Source of the DNA: Octopus vulgaris
Lineage: Eukaryota
Assembly (NCBI GenBank): GCA_951406725.2
Contig: OX597820.1
Span: 86,676,001 to 86,740,000 of the forward strand
Direction of reading: 5' to 3'
DNA length: 64,000 bases
Part shown: piece after piece, positions 1 through 14,913 of the stretch
How the letters are laid out: each line of letters starts with the position of its first letter
Numbering within the stretch: position 1 is the first letter of the stretch
The notes under the pieces: generated by a model
Database searches by the model: none
What the model was told of the DNA's origin: nothing
Seen by the model: the letters and a program-made list of their open reading frames with translations, nothing else
Position numbers and translations under genes: made by a program

Positions 1-68
1 TCTGGCTTAACCCCCGTAGTAAAACTTATCTCTTTATTTTGCTGCCACTGTCCAGCAGTGCTTATAAG

Positions 69-133
<65 letters not shown>

Positions 134-334
134 GCATGTATCTGCGTGTATATATATATGCATGTATATATATATATATATATATATACATGCATGTATC
201 TGTGTGTATATATATATGAATGTATATATATATATATATACGAATATATATATATATGTGTATGTATATGTATATATATATATATATGTATGCATGTATG
301 TGTATATATATATAAATATATATATATATTTATA

Positions 335-370
<36 letters not shown>

Positions 371-454
371 TGTATGTGTGTATGTATGTATGTATGTATG
401 TATGTATGTATGTATCTATGTATGTGTGTATAAGATATGATTTATGCTTAAAAT

Positions 455-675
455 ATTGATTTCAAATTTTGGTACAAGGCCACCAATTTCGAGATAGGGG
501 GTGAGTTGATTACGTCGACCCCAGTGCTCATCTCCTACTTACTTATTTTATCGACCCTGAAAGGATGAACGGCAAAGTCAACCTCGGCGGAAATTGAACT
601 CAGAACGTTAAGTCGAACGAAATACCACTAAGCATTTTGCCCAGCATCGTAACGATTCTGGCAGTTCGCTGCCTT
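455..675 (-). mobile_element. SINE family A copy (head AAGGCGGCGAGCTGGCAGAA..., internal GAGTTCAAATTCC B-box-like motif)
   Basis: Reverse complement of the repeat seen at 6003-6225, 35766-36000, 45227-45443 and elsewhere. Confidence 0.8.
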
Positions 676-774
676 TTATTTTTTTTTTCATGCTTCAAAT
701 ATTAACAGCTCAGTTTATAGGTAATTGACATTTGTCATTGAATGGTTGATTGGCAGGTAAATGGATAGATGGAT

Positions 775-886
<112 letters not shown>

Positions 887-1358
887 GTGAAAGACGTTAT
901 TTATGTAGCCGTTGCATTTCTTATTTCCATACCAAAAAAAAAATGCATTGACTACTGTCATAAAAGAGTTAACATGTGATCTACCGATTTACAGAAAATA
1001 TAGTGTTATAAATCATGTTCTTTTAATAGAAGAGAATCTAGGAATGTCTAAAAGAAAATAATAAATAATAAAATGTCTAAACTAAATTCCTATCAACTTG
1101 AAGTTTCCTGAAACTTCAAGAAAAAAAAATCGAAACCATCAAATGTTCTTGATTTAGCAATTCAAATTTTTACAGATTTTATAGATTCTGTTCTGGTTGT
1201 CGGCTTTCTTCTTTATTTTATATATTATTTATTTTTCGTGATGGTGGCGATGGAGATGAGTTATTAGGTAAGAAATGCAAATTATATTCTATGGCGCATA
1301 AACTATATGCATCTATACAGTCAGATATAAATACATATGAATACAAGCACACATACTC

Positions 1359-1453
<95 letters not shown>

Positions 1454-1561
1454 TATGTATATTTACGTACACACACACATATATGCATAAGTATATATTC
1501 ATGCATATATTTAAACACACGCATACATATATATACATACATACAAACACACACACATATA

Positions 1562-1609
<48 letters not shown>

Positions 1610-2029
1610 TATGTGTGTGTATATATACATGTGTGTGTATACTTCTATTATATGTATATACATGTATGTATGTATATATGCTTGTATTTATGTATTTACG
1701 TACATAAGCACAGCGTATTACTGTGATGGCTCCATACATTTGTAGAATCTATTGACTCCATCATAATATTTGCGGCTATGAAAGGCACAAAGACAGAAAT
1801 TTGGTCGGTCCGTCGGAACTAGTCGATACCATCGACATCAATGCTTTATTCAGAATTTATTTTATCGAGCCCGAAAAAATGAAAGCCAAAACTGGGTTCG
1901 GCGAGGCTTGAGCAAATACCGCGAAGCAAGAAAAAATACTGAGGCATTTTTCAGACACTCGTAATTCTATGAGTTCATAACCCTACCTGAGCTTTGTTTC
2001 TATAATAATAATAATTATTATTATTATTT

Positions 2030-3575
2030 CATTTATTTGCCACAAGGGTGAAGGATACAATACAAAGACAAACATAAAGTGTGGGGTTTTACATATAATG
2101 AAATAAGCAAGTATATACGGTATACACAAAAAAGGGACACATGCATAGCATACAAAGTTTAAAAAAAAAAGTTGTGGTGAGAATGGTGTGACCCTCCTGA
2201 TACAGGAAGGCCTCTAGGGATAATCGAGGAACCCCACTGTCCGAGATTTTCCCTGAAACACCAAGAGCAAGTGCCCTCTCCAATTCCTTCTCTCCGACTC
2301 ACAAGTCTACACTTAGAGAGATACCATCCACTCTTGCCATTTTTGCAACTTTCACCAGCGTTTCAATAGACTCACTTGGAGATAGCACTTCTCTCTCTAC
2401 ACTCAATTTCCTTTTCAATTCAATGAGAGCTCTACCAAAGAGGAACGTATCTGTCCACCAAAGCCTTTCAGCCTTGTCCACCAAACAATTTCTTTCGCCA
2501 CCGCCACCAGGCACAGAAAACGGCTTTGCCTGCCCGATTGAAGGAGGGCGGCGGGGCGATCATCACTACAGAGTCAGTCGACAGACGGATCCGTCCCACA
2601 CATGACAGCAGCTCTTCGACATAATCCCACAAGTCAGCAATGCCCGGACACTGAACTAAGGAGTGCAGAACGGTTTCGTCATTCTGCGTGCACCTCGGCC
2701 AAAGCCATCTGACAGTACCTCCCGTGCCTGTAGAGTTTATCTAGAACTGGTAACACCCCCACCCCGGTATCACCCGCAGGCCAAGGACATCTGGAAATTA
2801 TCCATGATAGTTCCTGACCGGAAAGTTCTCCGGAACAGACTAGCCAGTTCGTTCTCGTCGGCGCCCTGTATCCCTGAGAATGTCGTCGCGCTTCCCCGCT
2901 ACTAGTCTTATATAAATTTCTAAAGCGGAACATCCACCGATTCCATCTCCCGACTGGTAGAGGGCTGTGAGCATCTGATGACATTATAGGTGCCAGGCGC
3001 CCAGTCACGGTCTTTTCTTCACCCAGGACTACAGCTCCATCAAGGAGACGAGCTGCGGAAAGACGAGCTTCACAAACGGAGCCCACACACGCTCACCGTC
3101 CAGAAATCGTTGCAGGTGATGTAACCTAAAAGCATATCTGTGCATTAGGAGTTATGGCATACCTAATCTGCCACTCAGAGGATGTTGGAAACAGACAGAC
3201 CGCCTGACCATTGGAACGCGTCCCTTCCACAAGAATTTAATTAAGAGACGCTCCAACCTGGTCAAGCAGTAACCGGAACAAGGCACGACAGTCAGTTTAT
3301 AAATAATAACGGTGGTGATGTAAACATTCGCCACCTCTGCTCGAACTTTCAGGGACAGCTTCCTCTCTCAGCCCAAATGGCCACCCTGTTTGTCACCCTG
3401 TTCCCCACCTTGTCCCAGTTTTTATCAACCTGGAGGTCGGGATCAAACCAGACCCCCAGTAGTTTAATTGGTCCGTTGGTTCAGCGTCCGACGCCACCGT
3501 CCGATGGCATAGTCCTGCTTCTCCAGGACCCCAACAGCAAGCCCACCGATTTGGCTGTGGTCATTAATAATCCTT
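2030..3575 (-). mobile_element. Tx1/L1-clade LINE, 5'-truncated and degenerate (RT thumb to C-terminal Zn-finger, plus 3' UTR)
   Basis: Minus frames give GPIKLLGVWF..NWDKV..W..RKLSLKVR..VANVYI..LLIKFLWKG..GRLGMP, LPVLDKLYRHG and LKRKLSVEREVLS; homologous to 39054-39695. Confidence 0.85.
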
Positions 3576-4179
3576 TCAACTAAAAGCACAAGGCCTGAAA
3601 TATGTGGGGAGGGGACTAGTCGATTACTTCGACCCCAATGTTTCACTGGCACTTAATTTATCGACCCCGAAGGGATAAAAAGTACAGTCGACCTCGACGG
3701 AATTTGAATTCAATACGTAGCGACGGGCGAAATACTACTAATAATTTCGCCCGCCGTACTAGCGACTCTGCCAGCTCACCGCTTTATAACGCTTTCAAAT
3801 TTTGACCGAAGGTTAGCTATTTTAGAGGAAGGGGAAAGTTGATTATATCGACCCCAGTACTTGACTAGTAAAGTCGGACGAAATGTTTATCAGCATTTCG
3901 TCCAACGCGCTTACAATTCTGCCAGTTCGCCTCCTTAACGATGGTAATAATATCCAATTCAAACACATGGCCAGCAGTTTTTTTTTTCTTTTTTCTTTTT
4001 TTTTTGTCCATGAGTCGAAAGTAAATCGGTATCATTGACCTCAGTACATGATTGTTACGTTAGTTTATCGATTTTTCGGAGATTAAAAATCGGCCCCGAC
4101 TCGATTTGAATTCAGAACGCAAAGACCGAAAACACTGAACATTTTCCCACATACTTATAATTCTGCAAATTAACCACCC

Positions 4180-4180
<1 letters not shown>
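3575..4180 (-). mobile_element. Cluster of three SINE family A copies (full and partial)
   Basis: Repeated tcgacccc..aaagtcgacctcg.cggaatttgaa.tca..ctgccagctcaccgc segments at ~3575-3785, 3790-3935, 3960-4180. Confidence 0.7.
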
Positions 4181-4375
<195 letters not shown>

Positions 4376-4896
4376 ATATACCCCCTCAAACCAGTAAATG
4401 AGAAATTATTTCAAGCAAAGTCTAAAGTGCTCAATAAAATTAATATAATATCGAATTCCACTAAATTCAGAACTATAAAATAATAATGTATATTGATTAA
4501 TGTACATGAAACGATGACTGAAAAAAAAAATAGTTACATATATTGAATATATTTATTAAAATACATACTAGTGCGTGTGTGTATGTGTTAGTGTGTGTGT
4601 GTGTGTGTGTGTGTTTATATGTATTTATGTATAAATGTATATAAATGTAGTTTCATGATGTATAAACGCTTGTTAGACAACTATATTTTGCATGCAGTGT
4701 TCATATTGATATGTAAATACATGCATCTCGACATATGTGCAAATATATATATATATATATATATATGCATATGTGTGTGCGTGTCTATGTATGTATACAT
4801 ATATATACACACATATATGTACAGGGATTTATATCACATATATACGCACACATAAATATTAACGTGTGTATATACACACACACATATATATATTGT

Positions 4897-4942
<46 letters not shown>

Positions 4943-5452
4943 GTGTGTGTGTGTAGTTATATGAAAAATGTATAGGTTAAGATATGCAAATTTCTCATAT
5001 ATAAACTTATCTCTAAATTTGCAATTAATTATGCATTCAATTATATATGCAGTAATTATCTTTTTAACTATCTTATAATATATGCTATATATGCCTACGT
5101 TTATATATGAGTGTGCCCATATATATGTGCGTGTGTGTGTATGTGTGTGTATAATATGCATTATACATCTTAGATAATATATGTATATGCACATACATGT
5201 GTATATATTTGTGTGTGTGCGTGTGTGCGTGTGTGTGTGTTTATATGTATATGAAGCAAGTTTTTTTTCGTTTTTTCGTTTTTAGTGCTTTTGAATTTCT
5301 CTTTCAATAACTTTTTAAATAGAACAACACTTAAAAGTTAGGAGACAAAATCTTACGTAGTAATACAAGTGAATCAACAATTTCTACCAAATATATGGCA
5401 ATTATTTACGTGTACTTTGTTTTTCTGTCTCTAACGTTATTTTTTCTTCTGG

Positions 5453-5825
5453 AGGGCGGCAAGCTGTATAATGGTATTTCGTCTGTCGTTACGTTGTGAG
5501 TTCAAATTCCGCCGAGGTCGACTTTGCCTTTCATCCTTTCGGGGTCGATAAATTAAGTACCAGTTACGCACTGGGGTCGATGTAATCGACTTAATACCTA
5601 TGTCTGTCCTTGTTTGTCCCCTCTATGTTTAGCCCCTTGTGGGTAATAAAGAAATAGGTATTTCGTCTGCCGCTACGTTCTGAGTTCAAATTCCGCCGAG
5701 GTCGACTTTGCCTTTCATCCTTTCAAAGTCGATAAATAAAGTACCAGTTACGTACTGGGGTCGATGTAATCCACTGGCTCCCACCCCCAAAACTTCGGTC
5801 CTTATACCTAGAGTAGAAAAGAATA
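5453..5825 (+). mobile_element. Tandem SINE family A dimer with two different tails
   Basis: gtatttcgtctg..ctgagttcaaattccgccgaggtcgactttgcctttcatcc occurs twice; tails ..gtaataaagaaata and ..gtagaaaagaat. Confidence 0.8.
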
Positions 5826-6002
5826 TTTTTTCTTCTGAATTGTTTCTTTTTTTTTTTTCTCTCTCTCTCTCCTTCTTTTGTGACCAAGTATTTCGTATTC
5901 ATTATTTACATAATTGTTGACTAACTATGATAGAATAGCTGGAAATGGTGAACAGTATCCCAGAATATTGAATATTCGGACACATACAATCTAATATTTG
6001 TT

Positions 6003-6225
6003 AAGGCGACGAGCTGGCAGAAACGTTAGCACGCAGGGCGAAATTCTTAGCGGTATTTTGTTTGTCTTTATGTTCTGAGTTCAATTTCCACCGAGATCAA
6101 CTTTGCCTTTCAACTCTTTAAGGTTCGTTAAAATAAGTACCAGTTGAGCAATGGAATCATTGTAATCGACTTGCGCCCCCTGCCCCGAAATTGCTGACTT
6201 TGTGTTAAAATTTGAAATCAATATC
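6003..6225 (+). mobile_element. SINE family A copy
   Basis: aaggcgacgagctggcagaaacgttagcacgc..gagttcaatttcc. Confidence 0.8.
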
Positions 6226-6392
6226 TAGTATTCGTTCTATCGGAGTCTATTGTCCAACTTCTAAGTTATAGGAACACAAGTAATCCAACGCCGGTTGTCA
6301 GACGGTGAGACAGACAAAAACATACATGAAGGTACACACACACGTACACGCACACATACACAAATGTATATGATTGTAGATAGATACAGATT

Positions 6393-6441
<49 letters not shown>

Positions 6442-6444
<3 letters not shown>

Positions 6445-6748
6445 GAGGCGCAATGGCCTAGTGGTTAGGGCAGCGGACTCGCGGTCGTAGGATCACGGTT
6501 TCGATTCCCAGACCGGGCGTTGTGTGTGTTTATTGAGCGAAAACACCTTAAAGCTCCACGAGGTTCCGGCAGGGGGTGGTGATCCCTGCTGTACACTTTC
6601 ACCAGTCTTTCTCTCACTCTTTCTTCTGTTGGCCTGCACGCTTAGCCAGCGGGGTGGCGTCATTCGAAGGCTAAAACAATGCGAACGCATTGTGACCAGC
6701 GATGTGTAGCAACATCTGATGGTCTGGTCGGTCATGTGATCATGTGAT
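6442..6748 (+). mobile_element. tRNA-derived SINE family B, nested in a minus-strand family C SINE
   Basis: A box tggcctagtgg, B-box-like gtttcgattcc, tail (catgtgat)2; head matches 23340-23475 on the minus strand. Confidence 0.8.
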
Positions 6749-6917
6749 ATGCACATACACGCATATGCCTGCTCCCACACAGGTTCCTTCTACCAAATTC
6801 ACTCCGCGGACCTTTGTAAGTACGATGTTATAATAAAAGACATTTGCACAAGTTTGCCGCCCAGCGGGACTAAACTAGAACTACGTGGTTGCGAAACGAA
6901 TTTCTTATCCACATAAT

Positions 6918-7167
6918 CATTCCTGTATATTCTGTTGTGTCTGGGGAGAGTCATTTTCTTTTTGTGCCTTATAATGTAACACATTATTTCCATTATTTCC
7001 ACTTATTCTTATTTTTATTTTAATTGGTAATTTTACCGGTGAGTGTGTTACATTATAAGGCACAAAAAGAAAATGGCTCTCCCCAGACACAACAGTATAT
7101 GCTTCAACACACGAACTCATATAAAGAATCTTACAAACCAAATCCAAAAACGAAACATTCCTGTATA
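6918..7167. repeat. Fold-back element with ~55-bp inverted arms (6928-6985 / 7045-7100), flanked by 12-bp direct repeat cattcctgtata
   Basis: ctgttgtgtctggggagagtcattttctttttgtgccttataatgtaacac vs gtgttacattataaggcacaaaaagaaaatggctctccccagacacaacag. Confidence 0.75.
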
Positions 7168-8639
7168 ATTTTGCATCTCTGGACGATGCTAAGTAACTTC
7201 ATAAATATGGAAAATATTGTATTAAAGGAATCATGTGACTATTGGGATGCGTATATATGAACAGGTATTTCATTATTGATTTTTTTTTCGTACACCTTTC
7301 GTAGAAAGCTACAGATTTTTCCTGGAGGTATATTAACAGCATGATTGACTCGATGATATGATTGTTACACATTTTATCAATGCTGCAAAGAGGAAATGCA
7401 AGCCTCTTCAAACTTAGAACGTAAACAAACATATCAAAATCAACAAGCCACTTACTTGAGCATTCTAGCTCTTCTGGTTCGTCATCGACCTCACCGAATT
7501 TGTGACTAATGATTACTAAAATAGTTAAACAGTACAATGCCTCGCCGATAACTCGGATTTTATTAACGTTTTTGTGGTGGTTATTTTTAATTTTTTCATT
7601 GTCTTTTTTTTATTTCTATACATTTAGAATGCAAAATTCCACCATTTTTTCACTCTACGTCTATTATCAATAACTTAAATACCAGTTACATAATGTGATT
7701 TATTCAATCAACTATTCTCTTTTCGGGATATTATTTAAAAAGAAATACAAATAAAGGTCGATATATATCGGAAGTGCTGAAATAACACAGTTTTCGAGGA
7801 CATGTCAGAGACCAGAACAACAGCAATAATAATAATAACAACAATGATAATTATAATAGCAATAATAATAATATTGATGATGATTTCTTTTATTAGTCAC
7901 AAGGTTCCATGATGATGAGAAGAAGAAGAAGAAGAAGAAGAAGAAGAAGAAGAAGAACAACAACAACAACAACAACACCCACCACCACCACCACAACAAC
8001 AACAACAACAACAGTAGCAGCAACACAGGTGATCCATCTCTTCAACATGTATTTCCGACTAACACTACCCGCATACTACGCGGATCCCTTTCAATTTAAC
8101 AATAAATACCCTGGAATCTGTTGAAAGTATTTCTGCTACTAAAAATGCCCATAAGTATTGACGATATTGACTTGGTGAGACTAAAACTACGGCTTTTAGG
8201 CAGCTACAATTTAAAGATTAATAGGTTTTGGTGTGGTTTTCATCACTAACCTATATTTCGATTATTTTGTATAAAACCCCGCATCTCCTACGTATCCTGC
8301 GTAATCATTATATTGTCCACTTATTCTTTGTGTGTAACTTGTTCAGCATATCCCTTAACTTCTCTTTTGTTTTTATAAGAACCTGAATCGTATGCAGCAT
8401 CGAAGAGATATCCTGGGTGTATCTTTCCGACTTCTTTTTTTTTACCTGGGCTCGCTCTTCTGGTAGGTTTTCTTTCTTTTCTTTTTTCCAGACCTTGACG
8501 ATATTCCATTCCATTCCACTCACTACCCTCCCCTCATTATAATCAAGTAATTAATACAGTCATGGTGATTATTATAAATCATAGGAGACATTTTGGAGGT
8601 AAGATTATATTTTTGTTTCTTAGCAATATGTGGTAATAC

Positions 8640-8855
8640 AAGGCGGGCGAATTGGCAGAATCATTAGCGCGCTAGAGAAAAGGCTTAGCGATTTTTCGTC
8701 CATTCAGAGTTCAAATCCCCGCGAGGTCGAGTTCGCCTTTCATTTTTTTTTTTTCAGGTCAATAACATAAGTACCAGCAGAGCACCGGGGCTTTTGTAAT
8801 CGACTACCCCCATCCCCCAGAATTTCAGGCTTTGTGTCTATAGTACAAAGAATAA
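8640..8855 (+). mobile_element. SINE family A copy
   Basis: aaggcgggcgaattggcagaatcattagc..gagttcaaatccc. Confidence 0.75.
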
Positions 8856-9782
8856 TTATCTGTTAATGTGGGCAGTGTTTATTTGCGTACATTTGTGTAT
8901 GAGGATGTAGATATGCGTATAAGCATGTTATTTTGAATAAAAAAGGTTCTGGTCTTAAAGGAAAAGTTTATCTGGCTAATTTATTATCTTTTTCTTTGTA
9001 GTAGGCACGTGAAAGCAGTACTGCGAGTAAACAAACGTTTAGATGAGTTCAAATATGTTTAGGACATATTTACTATGTAAAATGTTACATTTATTATTGT
9101 TTGTTGTCGAGAATCATTTTGTTCATAAGCACCAATACTGTATACCTATTACAGTATTTTGTTCCAGCCCAGGCTGGTGGCGGGCAAAATCATTATAGTA
9201 CATCAGTATGATGTACTATAATGAAGCGAAAACTTCCAGAGTCTTGTGGCACATGGTACTGATGGTAGCCAAGAAGGTAGAAATCCATTCACCATTTCGG
9301 CTGACAGTAGTTGTTTTAATACCTGTAGCCAAAAGCAAGAACTTTTCTCAAGCGGCAAACACCAGTGAATACGATCTTTTTGCAGATCAGTTATATCCCA
9401 AACCACATTTCAACTGGTTTTGTTTTCCTTTCTTTTTTTTTTTGGTACAGTATTTGTGGTAGATAACTAACAATGGTAATTCGGTCATTCGTAAGATTAA
9501 GAGGAAAACATTATAAAAGAGAATTTAAAATTAGGCAGAAAAGAAATTTTGTATTTGATTATTTTTATTGTTTTACTCTTGTTTTTGCTTTTTTGTTTGG
9601 TTTTGCTTTGTTTTGTTTTTTGCTCATCTTAAGGCGATTCGGTACATTGAGTGATGTTTTGTAGAATAATGTGAGATAGGCTGGTAAATGAAGAACCTTT
9701 TCGTTATGGGAATTATTAATTTATGTGGGGAGAACTGTGTTGGGTTTAAAAGTAATATTTGCAGGAAATATTTGCTCTAAGC

Positions 9783-10037
9783 GTATCCTTCTCAACTGGG
9801 GTCGATATGGTGCTTGGGGATCCATATAAGATTTTGTTGCTAGCATTTATCTGCAACAAATCGCTTATACTTCTTCAATACACCAAATATTTTAATTATT
9901 TATGCAACAGCTAATAATAGTTAATTCTAAAAATATAACAGGTATTTTTCAAATATAGAATGATTATGAGAGTTCAACCGAGTAAAATAAGAATCAAAGA
10001 GGTCCATAGGTGAAAAGAAAATGGTTGAGAACTGCTG
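9783..10037. mobile_element. hAT (Charlie/MER5-like) MITE
   Basis: Ends ..ttctcaac / gttgagaactgctg; near-identical 8-bp TSD ctctaagc / ctctaaga. Confidence 0.6.
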
Positions 10038-10966
10038 CTCTAAGAATTACACCCTAATTCCATTTTTTTTTTTTTTTTCGTGGGGGGTATTTTACCGAAA
10101 CCCTATTGCTGTATTCAGTGTAACGACGTTACTACATTCCCTATTCTCTTATATATATATACTGATCTGTCTTACTGTCTAAGCTAAGTATATATGCTAA
10201 CTTGGTCAAATAAGATTGAAACGTGTTTGTTGAGCATAGATGTTGGCTTTAAAAACAAGACCCACATCTAGCTTCTCGTTGCTAGCTTGATATCGGAATT
10301 ATCTCCCTTACCAGTTTTTTATATTTTAAACACCTCTAGATATCAGTTAATAGAAGTTATTCAACTTGCTGTATGGCATGTATAAGATCACATACATGCA
10401 CACATTGTATATACATATATACACATGTAGATGTGTGTGTACAGTTCACTCAGTTTTAGATGCCAGTATATATAAATATATATGCATTATATATGTACAT
10501 TTTTGTGCACCAAACTTCTGGGGGTATGTGTGACTGTTATTTTGTATGTGTATCCTTGTGAAATAGCTGTTTAATGTACGATTAATTTAAATTTAGGCCT
10601 ATGCGTATGTGTGTATGAGCGTGTGTGTCTATGTATGCATGTATATATATAGATAGATAGATTACGCACACATCCACACACATTTACATACATAAGCATT
10701 CATACATATAAACATACATACATATATAAATATATATATATACATATATAGGTGGTGCTCCAGCATGGCCACAGCATGGTCACATATATAGGCGGTGCTC
10801 CAGCATGGCCACAATCAAATGACTGAAACAAGTAAAAGAGTAAAAGAGTAAAGAGTATATACATAGATATATATATATATGTATATATACATATATATAT
10901 ATACATATACATACATATATATATATATAGATATAGATATATACATATAAATACATACATATATAT

Positions 10967-11059
<93 letters not shown>

Positions 11060-11163
11060 TAATCCAAACAAGAAAACACAAAAACAAAAAAAAACACAAC
11101 AACGGGAGGACGTGGAACAAATAAGGTATTATTGGACGCTCAGGAAAGAAGGAAAAAAGGAGG

Positions 11164-11198
11164 GTTTAACGTTTCGAGCGGAGCTCTTCGTCGGAAAC
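11164..11198 (-). ncRNA. Minimal type I HHR-like motif in a ~220-bp element (11053-11267) lying between (TA)n tracts
   Basis: Minus strand GUUU-CCGACGA-A-GAGC-UCC-GCUC-GAAACGU-U-AAAC; position 4 is C; related to 63938-63973. Confidence 0.55.
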
Positions 11199-11264
11199 AT
11201 AGGAGAAGGAAAGATCCCGAGGAGGGAAGACAGAGGAAAAAATTGACAGTGGTACTCACGAGGT

Positions 11265-11304
<40 letters not shown>

Positions 11305-11617
11305 AAGATATCATAACGATAAATTAATATATTATAATATATTAAATACATTATAATATAGGTGGCTACAGCAATTAAAAACCAAAAAGGTAAAATACAT
11401 AAATAAGGGTGCAAAATAGCATCTGCAATTGCTAGAAATAGGAGCTAAATAAATAACTCGAATAGCCACACAAAATCACCAACCTCATTAGATGTTCAGG
11501 GACTGCGAGTGGCACGTCACAATATCTTTCGCCAGCGAGATAAAACTCACACAACGAAGTAGTTTGATAAAACCCTATCATATATATAAGAGGAAGGGGA
11601 AGAAATAAGAATGCACT

Positions 11618-11698
<81 letters not shown>

Positions 11699-11761
11699 GC
11701 AAGTAGACAGACAGACATTCAGACAGACAGACAGTTAGACAGGCAGATAGCTAGGTCTATC

Positions 11762-11899
<138 letters not shown>

Positions 11900-14494
11900 C
11901 TTTCCAACCAAATTAATTGGAGACTTCCCGGCAGGACTACTTCGATTCAGCAAATTATAATGATATAGACTTCATTTTTCACAACAGGTGGCGCTTGTGG
12001 TATCTTGCTTCATTTCCTAATGCTTACAGCGGAATATGTTATATATCTTAGTTTACTTTTCTAATCAAAACTTCTATTAAGAAAATAGTGTGCGGCGGAT
12101 GTGGACTCAAGTAATGTAATAGAGAGCTAGCTCTTATTCTTAGAAAAGTACTCGATTTATTTTTATTCCAATTCTAAAATAATGTCGATGTTTATCATCC
12201 CTAGAGAGAACATACAAGTATAACTGCTGGATATAACACGTTTTATATCTTGTGCTCTGAATCATCTTTGATGTACTTAAAATAGTGCATTTATCGGGAT
12301 GCAGAAATAGCTGTGGTGTTACAAAGTTCACTTTGCAGATACGCCGTCACATGTTCGTTCCCACTTTCTTGTACCATGAGAAAGTGTCTTATGCTATGAT
12401 CGCAGGTCGACCAAAGCTCAAATTCGATTGATAGCGGTGCTGCATGTCTTTTGTTGTGTTGTATTTCTCTCTAAATTCATTGTTAGGTCGACTGGTCTCT
12501 TTGTAATTTCTAAATTCGTTTGAAAATATGAAAACTGTAAACGTCATAATTCTAACAATTAATTTGACCTTATGAGCACAGTGTTCTGTCGTAGGCTCAC
12601 AATAAATTTTCAGCAAAGAGCAATTGCAACACCTGAAGCCTTATATACTCAAAACTAGATAGGAAAATATTCATAAACCATATATCCATGCTTTATAGAA
12701 TCCCCGACAAATATAGACGATTAATTATAAACGCAATACTCATATCACAACACAAAACTAAATTAAACACGAAGATTGCATACACACATCACAAGCAGGA
12801 TAAGCAAGTGACTGATGCGAAAATCTAACAGTCAAATTCGGTGGTAAATTCTGCTTACATTAAAGTCACTCAATGAAAAACAGAGGCATCACAGAAAACT
12901 ACAATAGGTCATATTCTGATTATGAGACTGAGATAGTTTGGAATAATGCACTTAGAAACTTTATTTTCCAATAATCTTCAAGGAAATACGAGAAACACTA
13001 ATAAAAAAAGTTTAACCTGCAACATACCTAAAAGAAAGCACTATTCCTCATATCTATGTGTCCGCATGCGTGCGTATGTGTGTACATATATGTGTGAGCG
13101 GATGTGCATGCCACAAGTCCACCAGAACGTAATGACAAGCTAGTATCTAACCTAATAATTCTAATGCCACTAATTTCTTGATATACTGTTACTAGTAACC
13201 AATTAAAACATCCAAGTTGGTCCAATTAAAATATAACCTTAAAAAGCTTTAACATAGAATGAAACAACATAAACTATTAGATTAGATTAGACCCAGTCCC
13301 ATACCAGGTGTAGCTGTCCCCTTACTAACTGGTTAATTAGAAATGATAATGGTTTACACACTTAATTATACCATTCGATTCAACGTTGTACGACAGCGCG
13401 AAAACATACTTAAGCGCTACCTGGAAATTACAAGACATTTCATACATCACACACATGTACATGTGATTGAAGACAATCCACAATACATAACACAAGTACT
13501 TTTTCAAACCATCAACAACATAAAAAAGTTAAATTTATACATTCTACCACTAACACGAAAGGCTACTAGCCAAAACTCGTTACGATAATAGAAATTAAAA
13601 GGACAAATGAAACATTAGACTAACGTTTAATGAATACAATTAAATAAAAGAGGGGAAATAAATTAATCCTTATTAAACTTATGTGCTAATGATTAAAAAG
13701 ACAGAATTAAGTAAAACGAAGAAGACATCACGCAAGTGTGAAATAAACAACAAACCAATTAAATTACAACGAATTTAAAGAACGATTACACCTGATAATT
13801 AAACCTACTAACCAGCATACGCGTTATATTTACTAGCGAGATTAACACACTATATATAAATTATATAACTTACCTGAAGCCTGAAACAAATAAAACCTAA
13901 AGCATACTTCGATAAAAGACATCGAAAAGTTAAACAAGAATTACACTAGTAATTAATAAACGAAATTAAATAACAGAAAAAAGCAAACATTAATTATTGC
14001 TTATTATACTAATGCTTTATTAACTACTAAAACGGAATTTACAAATAATAAAAAGAAAGAATTACCCGACCGTTAATTAAAATGTCAACCGAATAAAACT
14101 GCGATAAATGTAAAGAAAATAACGTAATAAAAAATAATAAAACGGAAAGAATAAAATTCTACCGTTAAACAATAAACTAAATAAAACAGCAATAAATGTA
14201 AAGAAAATAAAAACCCTTAATCACGCATTTAGCTAATATACGTGTTGCGTGTGAGTACAGGACCATCTCAACAATCAGCCGTTCCCTCTCAATAAACTAG
14301 TTAAAAAGGTCAAGACTTGCTATATCCAAAGGAGGGGATAAACACAACGAAAGAAATCCTTTAGAGGTTTCCGTTCCCAGATAGATACATACATACATAC
14401 ATACATACATACATACATACATACATACATACATACATAAATGTGTGTGTAAAATCGTTATTTGTACAGTGTACTGTAACGAATATTTGCATAC

Positions 14495-14629
14495 CGCTGC
14501 CGAGGTCAACTTTACCTTTTATCTTTTCGGGATCGATAAATTAAGTACTAGCTGCGTACTGGGGTCGATCTAATCGATTGCCCCCCCCTCCTCCCTAAAA
14601 ATTTCGGGCCTTGTGCATTGAGTAGAAAA
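14495..14629 (+). mobile_element. 5'-truncated SINE family A with 14-bp TSD
   Basis: gaatatttgcatac at 14481-14494 and 14630-14643. Confidence 0.8.
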
Positions 14630-14913
14630 GAATATTTGCATACTTATTCTTAATACATCTAGGCAGGTTCAGACGCAAAATATGTTTGTTCATTGTATCG
14701 CACGCCAAAAGAGAAAAATTTCTCTTTTTTGACGATAGTGTGTTCAGCACACTCAACTCATTGGTTCAGAGGATCCAAGGTTTTCGCCGTCCTGTGTTTC
14801 GTCAGTTAGTGTCTCGGTCCTTTGCGTCTAGACAAGCGATTGGGCTTCGTTTATTGTTTTCTGATCAGTGCTTATATCTACCATTTGATATAAAACCGAT
14901 ATTTGTACCGAGT

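Noticed and set aside
7199-7537. 112-aa minus-strand ORF with an internal gtaagt donor-like site
   Set aside because: No recognisable domain and no partner exons
11980-11998. CTCF-like motif caacaggtggcgct
   Set aside because: Single short match with no independent support
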